From contig CAXXGO010000006.1 in NCBI GenBank assembly GCA_963666835.2, positions 256,001-320,000 on the forward strand: DNA of 64,000 nucleotides. Direction: 5' to 3'. Below the pieces are notes generated by a model. The model worked only from the letters and a program-made list of their open reading frames with translations, had not been told where the DNA came from and ran no database searches. Within the stretch, counting starts at the first letter, position 1; each line of letters starts with the position of its first letter. Positions 42,489 to 52,700 of this stretch are shown here, in pieces. This stretch comes from Phycisphaerae bacterium. Lineage in GTDB: Bacteria; Planctomycetota; Phycisphaerae; UBA1845. The position numbers were made by a program, and so were the translations under genes.

Positions 42489-45400
42489 TTACTCGGCCGG
42501 TGTTTCCGGTCGAGTGACAGCCAACCGACTCTGCAAATCCTGGAAAAGTGTGAACATGGCCGGGACCACTACGAGCGTGAACATCGTCGAGACCAGCAGA
42601 CCGCCGAGGACCACGCTGCCCAACCCGCGATACAGCTCGCTACCCGCACCCGGCATGATGACCAGCGGGGCCATGCCGAATACGGACGTCATTGCACTCA
42701 TGAAGATCGGGCGCGTGCGGGTCTGAACCGACCGAACCACCGCCGCCCCGGGAGCCATGCCTTCCAGACGTTCGAAGTTCAGTGCCTGGTGGACAATCAA
42801 GATCGCGTTGTTCACTACGATTCCGACCAGGATTACGAACCCCAGCATGGTCAAAACGTCAAGCTGCTGAATGGGCGAAGTGACATCGTAAAGGCTCACA
42901 ACGTGTACTATACTGAGAGCTGCAAAACCTCCGACTGCTGCCAGCGGAACCGAGAACATGATCACGAACGGGTACGCGAACGACTCGAACAACGCGGCCA
43001 TCAGTAGATACGTAATCAGCAAGGCAAGAATGGCCCGCGATTGGGCGACGGCGAGAACCAGCGGATAGTTTACTGCCAATAATACGACACTCAGCACGAC
43101 AATGCCGCCGGTAAGCAGTCGCAATCCCATTCGACGACCGGCGAATCGCCAAGTCACTCCCGCCCCCGCCAGCAGCAAAGCCAGAACGGCCCCGATGACC
43201 GTGGTTCCGGAGAATCCGAAGAACTCCCGAGCGCGGATCGTACCGGCAAAGTCGCCCACCAGAGCCCTCTGGGTCTCGGTCAGCTTGTCCGCCGTGCCGG
43301 CCAGGATCGTCGATACCGCCGAAGGAACAATGCCCGCAGCGCGCAACGGGCCGATGACGTCCTCGCGCAGTTCCCGCATAGTCTCCTGCAGGGCAACGCC
43401 GGTTTTGGGCTTTACCGACAGAGTAACGGCACTCATTTCCTCGATGTGCTTGATCTGTTGCGGAGCCGTAGTACGCCGGAACTCGACGACCGAGTCGATC
43501 GGTACGCCGTGCCCGGTAGGCGTAATGATTGGAATCTGGCCAATCTCATCGACGGTGGCGCTTTTGGTACCGGCGACCGTTAGGGCCATGTCGATCTTGT
43601 CCCCATGATCGTTGTACTCGCCGACGAACGCCCCTTCGATACAAGCCTCCACAATGAAACCGACGTCGGCAACGTCGAGCCCGACGTCGGCCGCCCGAGT
43701 GCGATCGGGGACAATCTGCACTTCCGGACGCCCCAGGGCGAAGTTGGCCGGATTGGGCGACGGGTACTCGTATCCCTTCTCCATCACTGCGCCCATTATG
43801 GCGCCGGCGGAGGCCACGACCGCATCATAGTCGTCGCCCCGCACCTCGATATCCACGGTTGCACCACCGCTAACTCCGCCGCCGAACAGGGATGTTTGAC
43901 TGAAAGCGGCGAAGACCCCCGGCAGGCGCTGCCCCGCTTGGGTCAAGGCGTGCTCCAGCGGTTTCACATTGGTCGGCACCTTCGAACTGGAGCCCATGAA
44001 CGCCTGACCGCCCCACGCCACGAAGAAGAAATCCTCAACCGGCGGCGGTACAACAGTGCGAACATCCGGTTCCTGGCCGGGCGCGAGGTCCGTTGTGCTG
44101 CCGACCGGGATAGTCACCGGAGGAAGCAGCTTGGCCTCTGCGGAACCCAACTCAGCCTCCCACGATGCGCGGATTCCGTCGTATGGGTCTTCCGGATCGC
44201 CCTCTTCAACCACCGACGCCATCCGCCGGAACTCCTCCATCGAGTACCCCGGCGGAGTAAAGATGAACCCGAAGACCAGATTCTGATTACCGGCCGGCAA
44301 GTACTCCGCCGGCGGGGCGAGCGCCCAGCTCCCCAACAACGCCAAGCCGGAGATTCCACCGACCACGGCTATGCGGGTGCTCACGTGGCGGTTGATCGCA
44401 GCCACCATAGTCGACACGCGCTGGGCTACCCACCAGGGCTTATCCTCGCCAAGCGCATGCGCTCGGGAGGCGTGGAAGTACTTTGCCGCCAACGGTGGGA
44501 TCACAAGCACCGAAACAACCAGTGATAACCCAACGGTGGTGGCAATGGCGATCGCGATGTCCTTGAAGAGCTGCCCCGCCTCCTCCTGAATCGTAATCAC
44601 CGGCAGGAAGACCGCCATCGTCGTGAGGGTGCTGGCTAATACCGCTCCCCACACTTCACGAGCACCGTCGAGCGCGGCTTGGGCCTTGCTCTTACCCATC
44701 GACCGATGCCGGTAGATGTTCTCGAGAACCACAATCGCGTTATCAACAACCATACCGACCGCGAAAGCCATCCCGGCCAGGAGCACGACGTTGAGCGTGC
44801 GGTGGAGCATGGTAATGACCAGGAATGTCCCGATCACCGAGATGGGAATCGCCAGCGCAATGATCCCCGTAGCGCTGGCGCTGCGCAGGAACAGCATAAG
44901 GACCACGGTAGCGAGCAAACCGCCGAGGAAGATATTCTTGATGACCAGCCAGATCGCGCTCCAGATGTACACCGTCTCGTCGTAGACTTGGGTCAGCTCG
45001 AGCCCTAAGCCCCGTGGTTCCAGCAGCTCACGATTGACGAATCTGATGCGCTCCTGCAGGTTCTCCATCGTCTTGATGACGTTGGCCCCGGTCTCCCGGC
45101 GGGCGGGCATTGCCAAGACGAACTGTCCCTTACTGCGCACGAAGGCATACTGCTTCTTGAACCCGTCAATGACCGTCGCCACGTCCCGGACGAAAATCGG
45201 CCCGCCTTCCCGAAAGGCGATCACCGTATTCGCGATGTCCTCCATCGTGCGGTATTCGCCTACCGTGCGGAACGTGTAGTCGCGTTTGCCCAGCGCAATC
45301 GTTCCGGCCGAGATGTTGCGATTCTGACTCCGCAACGCCTCCTCGACATCGCGAAACGTCAGCCCGCGGGCCGCAAGGAGAAAGGCGTCCACCTCGATCT

Positions 45401-45956
45401 GGACCTCACGCTCCAGACCGCCGTAGACCGGTACCTCGGCCACCCCCTCCGCCCGCTCGAGCTGCGGTTTGACTTTGTCCTCGACAAAGGTCTTGAGGTT
45501 GGCAATATCCTCGCCATCCTTGGAGTAGAGAATCAGCCAGGCAATCGTGTTGGTCATCTCGTCGTCGGTGGGCGACATGATCGGTTCGTCCACCTCTTCG
45601 GGATAGTCGGGAACCTGGCGGAGTTTGTCTGAGACATCCCGGTAGGCGATGTCCTTATCGACCTCGACGGGGAACTCCAGGCGAACCGAGGCCATGCCCT
45701 CCTGCGAGGTCGAGATCATCTTCTTGAGGTTGGTGACGCTCTTGAGCTTCTCTTCCTGCTGATCGACGATCTCGCTTTCGACTTCCTGCGGGCTCGCCCC
45801 AGGCCAGGCCGTCGTAACGGTGATGATCGGTTTGTCGACGTCCGGAGTAAGCTGAACGGGAATCGCGAACAGGCACAGCAGCCCAAACAACACCATCAAG
45901 ATCACCGCCACGGAGACCTTAACCGGATTGTCGATCGCGAATCTGATGATCCCCAT
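42489..45956 (-). CDS. RND efflux permease (AcrB/AcrD/AcrF family)
   Basis: W.GASPQEVE, GMVVDNAIVVLENI, STLTT.AVFLP, GIVVNNAIL, RTRPIFM. Confidence 0.96.
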   Translation of the reverse strand: MGIIRFAIDNPVKVSVAVILMVLFGLLCLFAIPVQLTPDVDKPIITVTTAWPGASPQEVESEIVDQQEEKLKSVTNLKKMISTSQEGMASVRLEFPVEVDKDIAYRDVSDKLRQVPDYPEEVDEPIMSPTDDEMTNTIAWLILYSKDGEDIANLKTFVEDKVKPQLERAEGVAEVPVYGGLEREVQIEVDAFLLAARGLTFRDVEEALRSQNRNISAGTIALGKRDYTFRTVGEYRTMEDIANTVIAFREGGPIFVRDVATVIDGFKKQYAFVRSKGQFVLAMPARRETGANVIKTMENLQERIRFVNRELLEPRGLGLELTQVYDETVYIWSAIWLVIKNIFLGGLLATVVLMLFLRSASATGIIALAIPISVIGTFLVITMLHRTLNVVLLAGMAFAVGMVVDNAIVVLENIYRHRSMGKSKAQAALDGAREVWGAVLASTLTTMAVFLPVITIQEEAGQLFKDIAIAIATTVGLSLVVSVLVIPPLAAKYFHASRAHALGEDKPWWVAQRVSTMVAAINRHVSTRIAVVGGISGLALLGSWALAPPAEYLPAGNQNLVFGFIFTPPGYSMEEFRRMASVVEEGDPEDPYDGIRASWEAELGSAEAKLLPPVTIPVGSTTDLAPGQEPDVRTVVPPPVEDFFFVAWGGQAFMGSSSKVPTNVKPLEHALTQAGQRLPGVFAAFSQTSLFGGGVSGGATVDIEVRGDDYDAVVASAGAIMGAVMEKGYEYPSPNPANFALGRPEVQIVPDRTRAADVGLDVADVGFIVEACIEGAFVGEYNDHGDKIDMALTVAGTKSATVDEIGQIPIITPTGHGVPIDSVVEFRRTTAPQQIKHIEEMSAVTLSVKPKTGVALQETMRELREDVIGPLRAAGIVPSAVSTILAGTADKLTETQRALVGDFAGTIRAREFFGFSGTTVIGAVLALLLAGAGVTWRFAGRRMGLRLLTGGIVVLSVVLLAVNYPLVLAVAQSRAILALLITYLLMAALFESFAYPFVIMFSVPLAAVGGFAALSIVHVVSLYDVTSPIQQLDVLTMLGFVILVGIVVNNAILIVHQALNFERLEGMAPGAAVVRSVQTRTRPIFMSAMTSVFGMAPLVIMPGAGSELYRGLGSVVLGGLLVSTMFTLVVVPAMFTLFQDLQSRLAVTRPETPAE

Positions 45957-47245
45957 TAGTGGCCGCCCTCCGGCGGATTGCCGGCCGGCATCGCAATCGG
46001 AGTGCCCTTTTCATCGACTATCAAGATTGGCGTGGGAAACGGCATCATGTGTTCATTACCACGAGTAATGACTGACATGCCCGGATGAACATTGCCGGAG
46101 GTGATCGTAATCCACTCTCCGGTGTCCGCGCCGACCGTAACACCCATCAACATACCGGTAATATTGCCCATCTGGTCGGGCATCGTAATAGCAATGTGCG
46201 CGATGCCCCCTTGCTCCACAATGGCGTCCTTCGGGACGGCTATGACCGGGCCGCGGGGGCCGGCCGCGACCGTTGCTCGGGCGAACATCGCACCTGCCAG
46301 CGTGCCCGCGGAGTTGTCCAACTCGATCTCCACCGGGAAGGTCCGCGCCCGCGGATCCGCATCACGCATAATGTGTTTGATTCGGCCGATGAACGAATCG
46401 TGTAGAGCATCCACGCTCACCCGAACCTCGTCCCCTTCCGAAACATGCGGCAATGCTGCTTCGGGCAGATCAACCTGCACCAGCACTGTGGACAAATCGA
46501 CGAGTTCGGCGATCTGACCACCTTCCGGCACCCATTCGCCGATCTCCGTGTTCCGGGCTATTACGTAGCCATCGAACGGTGCCCGGATGGCCGTCTTGCG
46601 CAGATCTCCGGCGATCCGATCGACCACGGCCTGCTGCTCCGCCACCTCGAACGCCGCCCGGGCGATCTCCTCGGCCCGCGGTCCGGCCACCCCCAGATCG
46701 AAATTGGCCTGGGCGGCGATCTTCTGCTGTTCGGCCGCCAGGAAACTCGCACGCGTGTCCGTCTGTTCCTTCTGGTTCGAGTCTCGACCGGCGTACAAGC
46801 GATTGATGCGGTCCATCTCGAACTTCCACCGGTCGAACTCGGCTACCGCTTCCTCGAGCTGGGCCTTACGGCGGGTTAGCTCCTCCGGGCGCGTTCCGGC
46901 CAGGAGTTCTTCGTGGTAGGCGTTTAGCGCGCCCAAGCGCGCTTGTGCCTCTGCCAGGCGGTGCGTGAAGGTCTCGTTGTTGAGGCGGCAGAGCACGTCG
47001 CCCGCCGAGACTCTGTCACCCTGGCGTACCGGCATCTCCGCGACTATCCCGGCGATCTCGGACCCCAACCGGCTTCGCCGCACCGGGAGAACAGTCCCGA
47101 CCAATACGATCGCGGAGGGCGCCTCGACCATGCGGGCTTCTGCCACAACTACCTTTGTAGCAGGCATTTGCGCCGATACGCTCACCGAGCAAACCAGCCC
47201 CGCGAGCACAGCCCCGGCGAGTGCCTTTCGTGTCTTCATTCGCAT
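45956..47245 (-). CDS. RND periplasmic adaptor (membrane fusion protein)
   Basis: G.V..M.V.QGD.V..G.VL, AIRAPFDG.V, RTFPVEI. Stop overlaps the permease start. Confidence 0.95.
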   Translation of the reverse strand: MRMKTRKALAGAVLAGLVCSVSVSAQMPATKVVVAEARMVEAPSAIVLVGTVLPVRRSRLGSEIAGIVAEMPVRQGDRVSAGDVLCRLNNETFTHRLAEAQARLGALNAYHEELLAGTRPEELTRRKAQLEEAVAEFDRWKFEMDRINRLYAGRDSNQKEQTDTRASFLAAEQQKIAAQANFDLGVAGPRAEEIARAAFEVAEQQAVVDRIAGDLRKTAIRAPFDGYVIARNTEIGEWVPEGGQIAELVDLSTVLVQVDLPEAALPHVSEGDEVRVSVDALHDSFIGRIKHIMRDADPRARTFPVEIELDNSAGTLAGAMFARATVAAGPRGPVIAVPKDAIVEQGGIAHIAITMPDQMGNITGMLMGVTVGADTGEWITITSGNVHPGMSVITRGNEHMMPFPTPILIVDEKGTPIAMPAGNPPEGGH

Positions 47246-47330
47246 CTTTGCCGCAACACCCCCCAGGGAGGCCGGTCCGTCTGGACCAAAACCCTTTCAA
47301 TGCGTGTAATATAGCTATCGGGATAATATT

Positions 47331-48227
47331 GTGAAGAAGAGGTACGTTTCTTTACGACCGCGAACCGTCAATCGGATTGGCGTCCGACCGCTCAGCGGTT
47401 CGAAGAAGGGGACTGGCTCCGAGCCGACTCCCACTTACGGTATCAAGAGACACCTTCGGCGAGGTGCCTGTACCCTCTTTCAGCAGGCTGTTAGCGTGCT
47501 CTTCCCCGCAAGCTGCGAGTTGTGCGCGCGACCGGCCGAGCCGGCGGGCGATGATATCGGACTGTGTTCTGATTGCGCCCGGAGCATCGCCCGCGAAAGA
47601 AGCGAGCCGGCGTGCCCGACGTGCGGCGCGTCGGTGGCGTTGCACGAGGTTTCCGGCGATCGCTGTGGCGAGTGCCGCGATCGGCCGGCTCGGTTGACCG
47701 GCACGGTGCGGGTCGGGCCCTACGCGGATCATCTGGGGCGACTCCTGCGCATGTTCAAGTTCCATGCCCGGGAAGATCTCGGCACGATCCTGGCCGGTTG
47801 GCTCGCCGACGCGATTGTCCAGGCTCCGTGGCTTGATCGCGTAGAGGCCGTAACCTATGTGCCAACCCATTGGCGGCGACGGATCAGTCGTTCGTTCTAT
47901 CCCGCCCGGTTCCTGGCGAAGATCGTATCTGCCCGGACCGGTATTCCCCTGGTGCCTCTTCTGCAGCGGGTCCGGCCCGGGCCGCGGCAAGTCGGGCTGA
48001 GTTTCACCCAACGGGCCCGCAACGTCCGCGGGGCGTTCGCCCTTCGCCGGGGGGTGTCATTACACCGAGCCCGCGTGCTGGTAATCGACGACGTCAAAAC
48101 CACCGGAGCCACAATCGGGGAGTGCGCCAAAGTGCTGAGGCAATCCGGGGCCGCAGAAGTATTCGCCGGAGTGATCGTAAGAGTCCGCGGCGCCCGCCCC
48201 GGAGCCCGCCTCCCGACCACCCTGTGA
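47331..48227 (+). CDS. comF: ComF family protein (double zinc ribbon + phosphoribosyltransferase)
   Basis: LFP.SCELC, C..C, CPTCG, CGEC, VPTH, R..NVRGAF, VLVIDDVKTTGAT. True start uncertain (47331 or 47496). Confidence 0.9.
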   Translation: MKKRYVSLRPRTVNRIGVRPLSGSKKGTGSEPTPTYGIKRHLRRGACTLFQQAVSVLFPASCELCARPAEPAGDDIGLCSDCARSIARERSEPACPTCGASVALHEVSGDRCGECRDRPARLTGTVRVGPYADHLGRLLRMFKFHAREDLGTILAGWLADAIVQAPWLDRVEAVTYVPTHWRRRISRSFYPARFLAKIVSARTGIPLVPLLQRVRPGPRQVGLSFTQRARNVRGAFALRRGVSLHRARVLVIDDVKTTGATIGECAKVLRQSGAAEVFAGVIVRVRGARPGARLPTTL

Positions 48228-48298
48228 CCCCGGCGCCCGCACCACGTCACGCTCCACGGGTCAACAAACCGCGCCATGACACGCGGTTGTCATAACTT

Positions 48299-48954
48299 GT
48301 AGGGCACGGTCGAGGTACGAGACCTGCCAGCAAGGCCGCAATGGCCCGGGTCGCACGACGATGTGCCACCCGCGCGGCTCGCGGGATCAGCCCGTCAGGG
48401 CGACAGCTCTGCCCAGCCCGTGGCGTGAGCCGCGGGATCGAGTCGCACATCGGTCCCAGCCCCCAGGGCGGCACTTCGATGCTCGAAGGGGTCCCGCTAG
48501 TCGCCAACGTGCTTTCCGTATGATGTCGAATCACCGGTGTCCGCCGGGTGGCCCGGTCCTCTTGGGCTTGGCGTGTGTTTCGGTCTATGGAGGGTTGTCG
48601 GAGTGGAACACACCGGACCCGGGGGAGCCCATGATCCGCCGCGTTCTCACGGCCGCCGCGGTATTGGCATCACCCGTGCAGGTCTTCGCGAGCTGCGCGC
48701 CGTTGCGGCAGGTCTCGTACCTCGACCTGCCCTACAGCGTGGTTCGCTGCGCTCCACCCGTGGCCACATGCCCACGTTCCTAAGGGAATGCGTATCGACC
48801 AAGGGCGAGTCGCTTACGCTCGCCGTACTGAGTACGACGCCCTGCTTATAGACCAGCGTCGGCGGGTGTAGGGCACCATCGAGGCCTGAGACCTGCCATC
48901 AACGCGCGCGTCGCGCAGACGTTGCGGCAGGTCTCGTACCTCGACCTGCCCTAC
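48299..48954. repeat. Composite element copy 4 plus REP-A copies, including an inverted doublet
   Basis: 48299-48543 composite; REP-A at 48696-48735(-), 48868-48897(+) and 48926-48954(-). Confidence 0.85.
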
Positions 48955-48974
48955 AAGCTCAGCGCGAGCGGGAG

Positions 48975-49724
48975 TTACTCTTTGGACAGCTCCGTAATCA
49001 CGTCGTCGGGAACGTCGGAATTGGAGTACACGGCATCCACGTCGTCGTGATCCTCCAAGGCGTCGATCAGCCTCATCACCTTGCGGGCTTTGGCCAGATC
49101 CAACGTGATCAGATTCTCCGACACCATGGAAAGATCCGCCGATTGAATCTCGATGCCGGCCTCGGTAATCGCCTGCCGAACATCCTCGAAAGCCTCCGGG
49201 CTGCACGTGATTTCGTGGATCATCTCTGATGAATCAACGTCGTCGGCACCCGACTCCAGAGCGATCTCCATAATCTTCTCTTCCGGAGCCTTCTCTACAT
49301 CGATAACGATGACGCCCTTTTGAGCGAACTGGAAAGCCACGCAGTTCTGAGCCCCGAGATTGCCGCCGGCACGTTCGAAGATCTTCTTGATCTCGGCGCT
49401 GGTCCGGTTGCGATTGTCGGTAACGGCCAGGCACATGATGGCCACCCCGCCCGCGCCGTACCCTTCGTACAACACATCTTCGTAGCTTTCGCCTTCCAGC
49501 TCCCCGGTGCCCTTCTTAATGGCCTTTTCAATGGTGTCCTTCGGCATATTGCCGCCTTTGGCCTTGTCAATCGCCAGGCGCAAACGAGGGTTGTCGTCCG
49601 GGTTACCGCCGTTCTTGGCGGCCATGGTGATAGCGCGCGCCAGCTTACTCCAGGCCTTGCCGCGTTTGGCATCAAGGGCGGCCTTCTTATGCTTGATCGT
49701 GGACCATTTCGAATGTCCGGACAC
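48975..49724 (-). CDS. yebC: YebC/PmpR family protein
   Basis: SGHSKWSTIKHKK, NPRLR.A, YEGYG.GG, TDN.NRT, LEDHDDV..VYSN. Confidence 0.98.
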   Translation of the reverse strand: MSGHSKWSTIKHKKAALDAKRGKAWSKLARAITMAAKNGGNPDDNPRLRLAIDKAKGGNMPKDTIEKAIKKGTGELEGESYEDVLYEGYGAGGVAIMCLAVTDNRNRTSAEIKKIFERAGGNLGAQNCVAFQFAQKGVIVIDVEKAPEEKIMEIALESGADDVDSSEMIHEITCSPEAFEDVRQAITEAGIEIQSADLSMVSENLITLDLAKARKVMRLIDALEDHDDVDAVYSNSDVPDDVITELSKE

Positions 49725-49766
49725 TGCGCTACTCCTTCATCACTTCCTTCGGTCCAATCTCGTCCC

Positions 49767-52700
49767 TCAATCCGCCGACACTTCTTCCGCGTCCGCAGGT
49801 TCGTCCGACGCCAACGGTGCTACGTCGGGGACCCCGCCGGATCGAGCCGCTTCAATCTTGGCGGGCGAAGACTCCCGCACACGCCGATAATCGGCGCTTA
49901 TGGCCTCCGCTTCGGGGTCGCTCGCTTCGACCGCAGTTACCGCAGCCGTCCAGTGGGCGATGGCCTCATCCGCCAAGCCCAACCGCCAGCAGGCGTCACC
50001 CAAGTGGTCCAGAACCACCGGGTCCCCACCGGCGAGGGCGCGGTTGGCTCTACCGAGCCACTTCCTGGACTCGGCAAACTCGCCCTTCTTGTACATCAGC
50101 CAGCCGATAGTGTCGAGATAGGCGCCCTGCCGGGGCGCCTGCCAGACCACGAACCGGATCATCGCCTCGGCTTCCTCGAGCCGGACCCCACGATCGATCC
50201 AGCCGTACGCTACGTCGTTGTTCAGATGGACGTCGTCCGGCCTGAGGATCAGGGCTCGTTCCATAGTCTGGGCGGCCTGTGAATCCTCTTCGAGTTCTTG
50301 TTGAGCCCAAGCCAGGGCGAGCAGATACCCGAACCGCGTGTTGGGATCGGGGGCCTCCTCCAGCCAGGCTTGGATCTGCTGTTCAGCCTCACGCGATCTC
50401 TCTGCGGCGATAAGTTCCTGAGCCAGGTTCAGACGCAGCCCGGTAAGGCGGTCGCTTACTGTCGAGAACGCATACGGCTCGTCCGGAAGCCGGATCATCT
50501 CCTCGCGGTCGGTAACGCTCGCCATCTGATCGAAGACCGGCTCCTCCATCGCCCTCAATACGGAAAGTGCTCCGTCGAGGAGATCTTCGATCCACTTGAT
50601 GCACTCATCCTGATGCCCGGCCTGCTTCAGCAGGCCGATCATACTGTTCTGGAACGCCTGCCGGTTGGAAGTGTGCAAGAGCCGGCTTCTCACCAGCTCG
50701 ATGGCGTCGTCGGCCCGTTCCGCATTGGCCAGAACAGATGCCATAAGCGCAACCGGCCGGTCGTTTTCCGGGTCGTCATAGAACCACTCGAGCGCCGTCT
50801 GGGCCGCCCGGTCGTTCTGCCCGGCGGCGACCAGCGTCTCGGCTAGGGCGCTTTGAACGGTCCGGTCGGTCGGATCCGTCTTCCGGCGAGCCTCGAGGAT
50901 TGGGACCGCCTTGGATGCCTGTCCATCTTGAACGAAAGCACCGGCAAGGCGCGCGGCCCACTCCCAATCGTCCGGGTCATCCGCCGCCCATTTCTTTATC
51001 AAGGCAATCGCTTCGGCCGATTGCTCGTCCACCCACAACGTGTCGAGAAGAAGGAGGCGGTACTCGTCCCGGGCGGTTTTGTCCAGGTCCTGACGTGCCA
51101 GCCACTCCTGCAAGAGGGTCAACGCCGTGTCGTAGTCCTGAATGTTCAGATGGAGTTCGATCAGATGTCGCCGCCACGAGGCCCGGTTCGGCCGGCGCGG
51201 CAGCAACTCGGTAAGATAAGCGATGGCATCCTCCCAGAGCAGCAGACGCTGGCAGACGCGCACCAACCCCAACATCGCCTCTTCGTTGACCGGCTCGATC
51301 TCTAAAGCGGCAAGGTATGCCCGGCGAACCGGTTCCTGGTCCTCGTCGAACTCGCTATAGCTATCCGCCACTGCGATCCAGGTGCGGGCGTCGGCCGGGT
51401 ATCGCCCGAGAGAATCCTGCAACGCGGCCCGGTACTTCGCCGGGTCTTGCGGAGGGAAATCGCCCAGGGCGGCTTCGCAACGCCCCTTCACGGCCGGCGT
51501 CGTGGCCCGCCGGTTCAACTCCTCAAACTCGCCGAACGCAGCGTCGACTTTACCCTCTCTCAGATACAGAAAGCCGAGCAACTCGCGAGCCCGCTCATGG
51601 TCCGGATTCCTTTCCAGCAAGATGCGCAGTTGCCGTTGGGCCTGGAGAGGCCGGCGCGAGCGCCGGTACAGCTCGGCCAGGTCCAACATGGCCTCGGTAT
51701 CGTCGCGGTCGAGTTGACTGGCCGCTCTGAGATGCTGCTCTGCTCCGTTCTCATCGTCCAACCGATCACAGATTTCCCCGAGAATCCTCTCCAACACCGC
51801 AGCTTCCGGCACTTCCGCCTCTCGGCGGCCCGCAACTTGGAGAGCCTCGGCGTAACGGTATTCGCGCAGAAGGAGCCGCGCCAAACTTACCCGCGCCGGT
51901 AGGAATTCAGGTCGATGGGTCAGAGAGGCCCTGAACCAGCGCTCTGCCAACTCCGCTAGTTCTGACGCGCTTGCGAGAACCCCGCGGACATAGGCCGTTG
52001 CCTCGTCGTCCTCACTCGCCTCCGGCTCCTCGAGTATTTCACTCGGGATCCCGGCGGGACGGCTCGAGGACGTTAGCTCCGCCGTCAGTGCATCCGCCCG
52101 CTCCGGGTCGAGCCGGATTCCATCCGCGGCAATCCGAACAGCCTCGTGCCACATCCCCGCCCCGGCCAGCGATCGAATCAGCCGCCCTCGAACGTCAGCC
52201 GCGTCTGGGTGGCGGAGCAAATACCCCTGCAACACCCGGCGCATTTCGTCCGGCTGTTGCGCGTTCTGCAGGGCGTCGGCCAGATGCAGGACCAGCCGCG
52301 ACTCGTCCGGTCTGGCGGACAGTCGATCTCGTATATCATCCGCCAGGCGCTCCGGGTGCCCGGCTTGGAGGTGAAGCTCGCGCAGCAGATCGATCACCTC
52401 GTCGTCATCCGAACTGATCGCGCGGGCTGCAGTTCGAGCCTCATCGAGCCGCCCGGCCTGCATCATAAGCCGCACATACCGCATGCCGAGCGCCGCATCG
52501 TCTTGGTTGGCCGCCACCGCGGGCGTCAGCACGTCGGCCGCCTCGGAGAACCTCCCCAGCCGCTCCAGGATTGCGGATCGAGATTCCCCGGTCGATCCGT
52601 TGGTCACCTGTAGCAGCGCCGACAAGGCCGGCGGGCCCGCGGCAACCGGGTGCGCAGACGCCGCTTTCTCGAAAGCCGCATACTCCTCGAGCGCCGCGGT

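Noticed and set aside
42489..45956. RND permease DN/NN substitutions at the proton-relay positions as a novelty
   Set aside because: Such variants are common in non-AcrB RND subfamilies.
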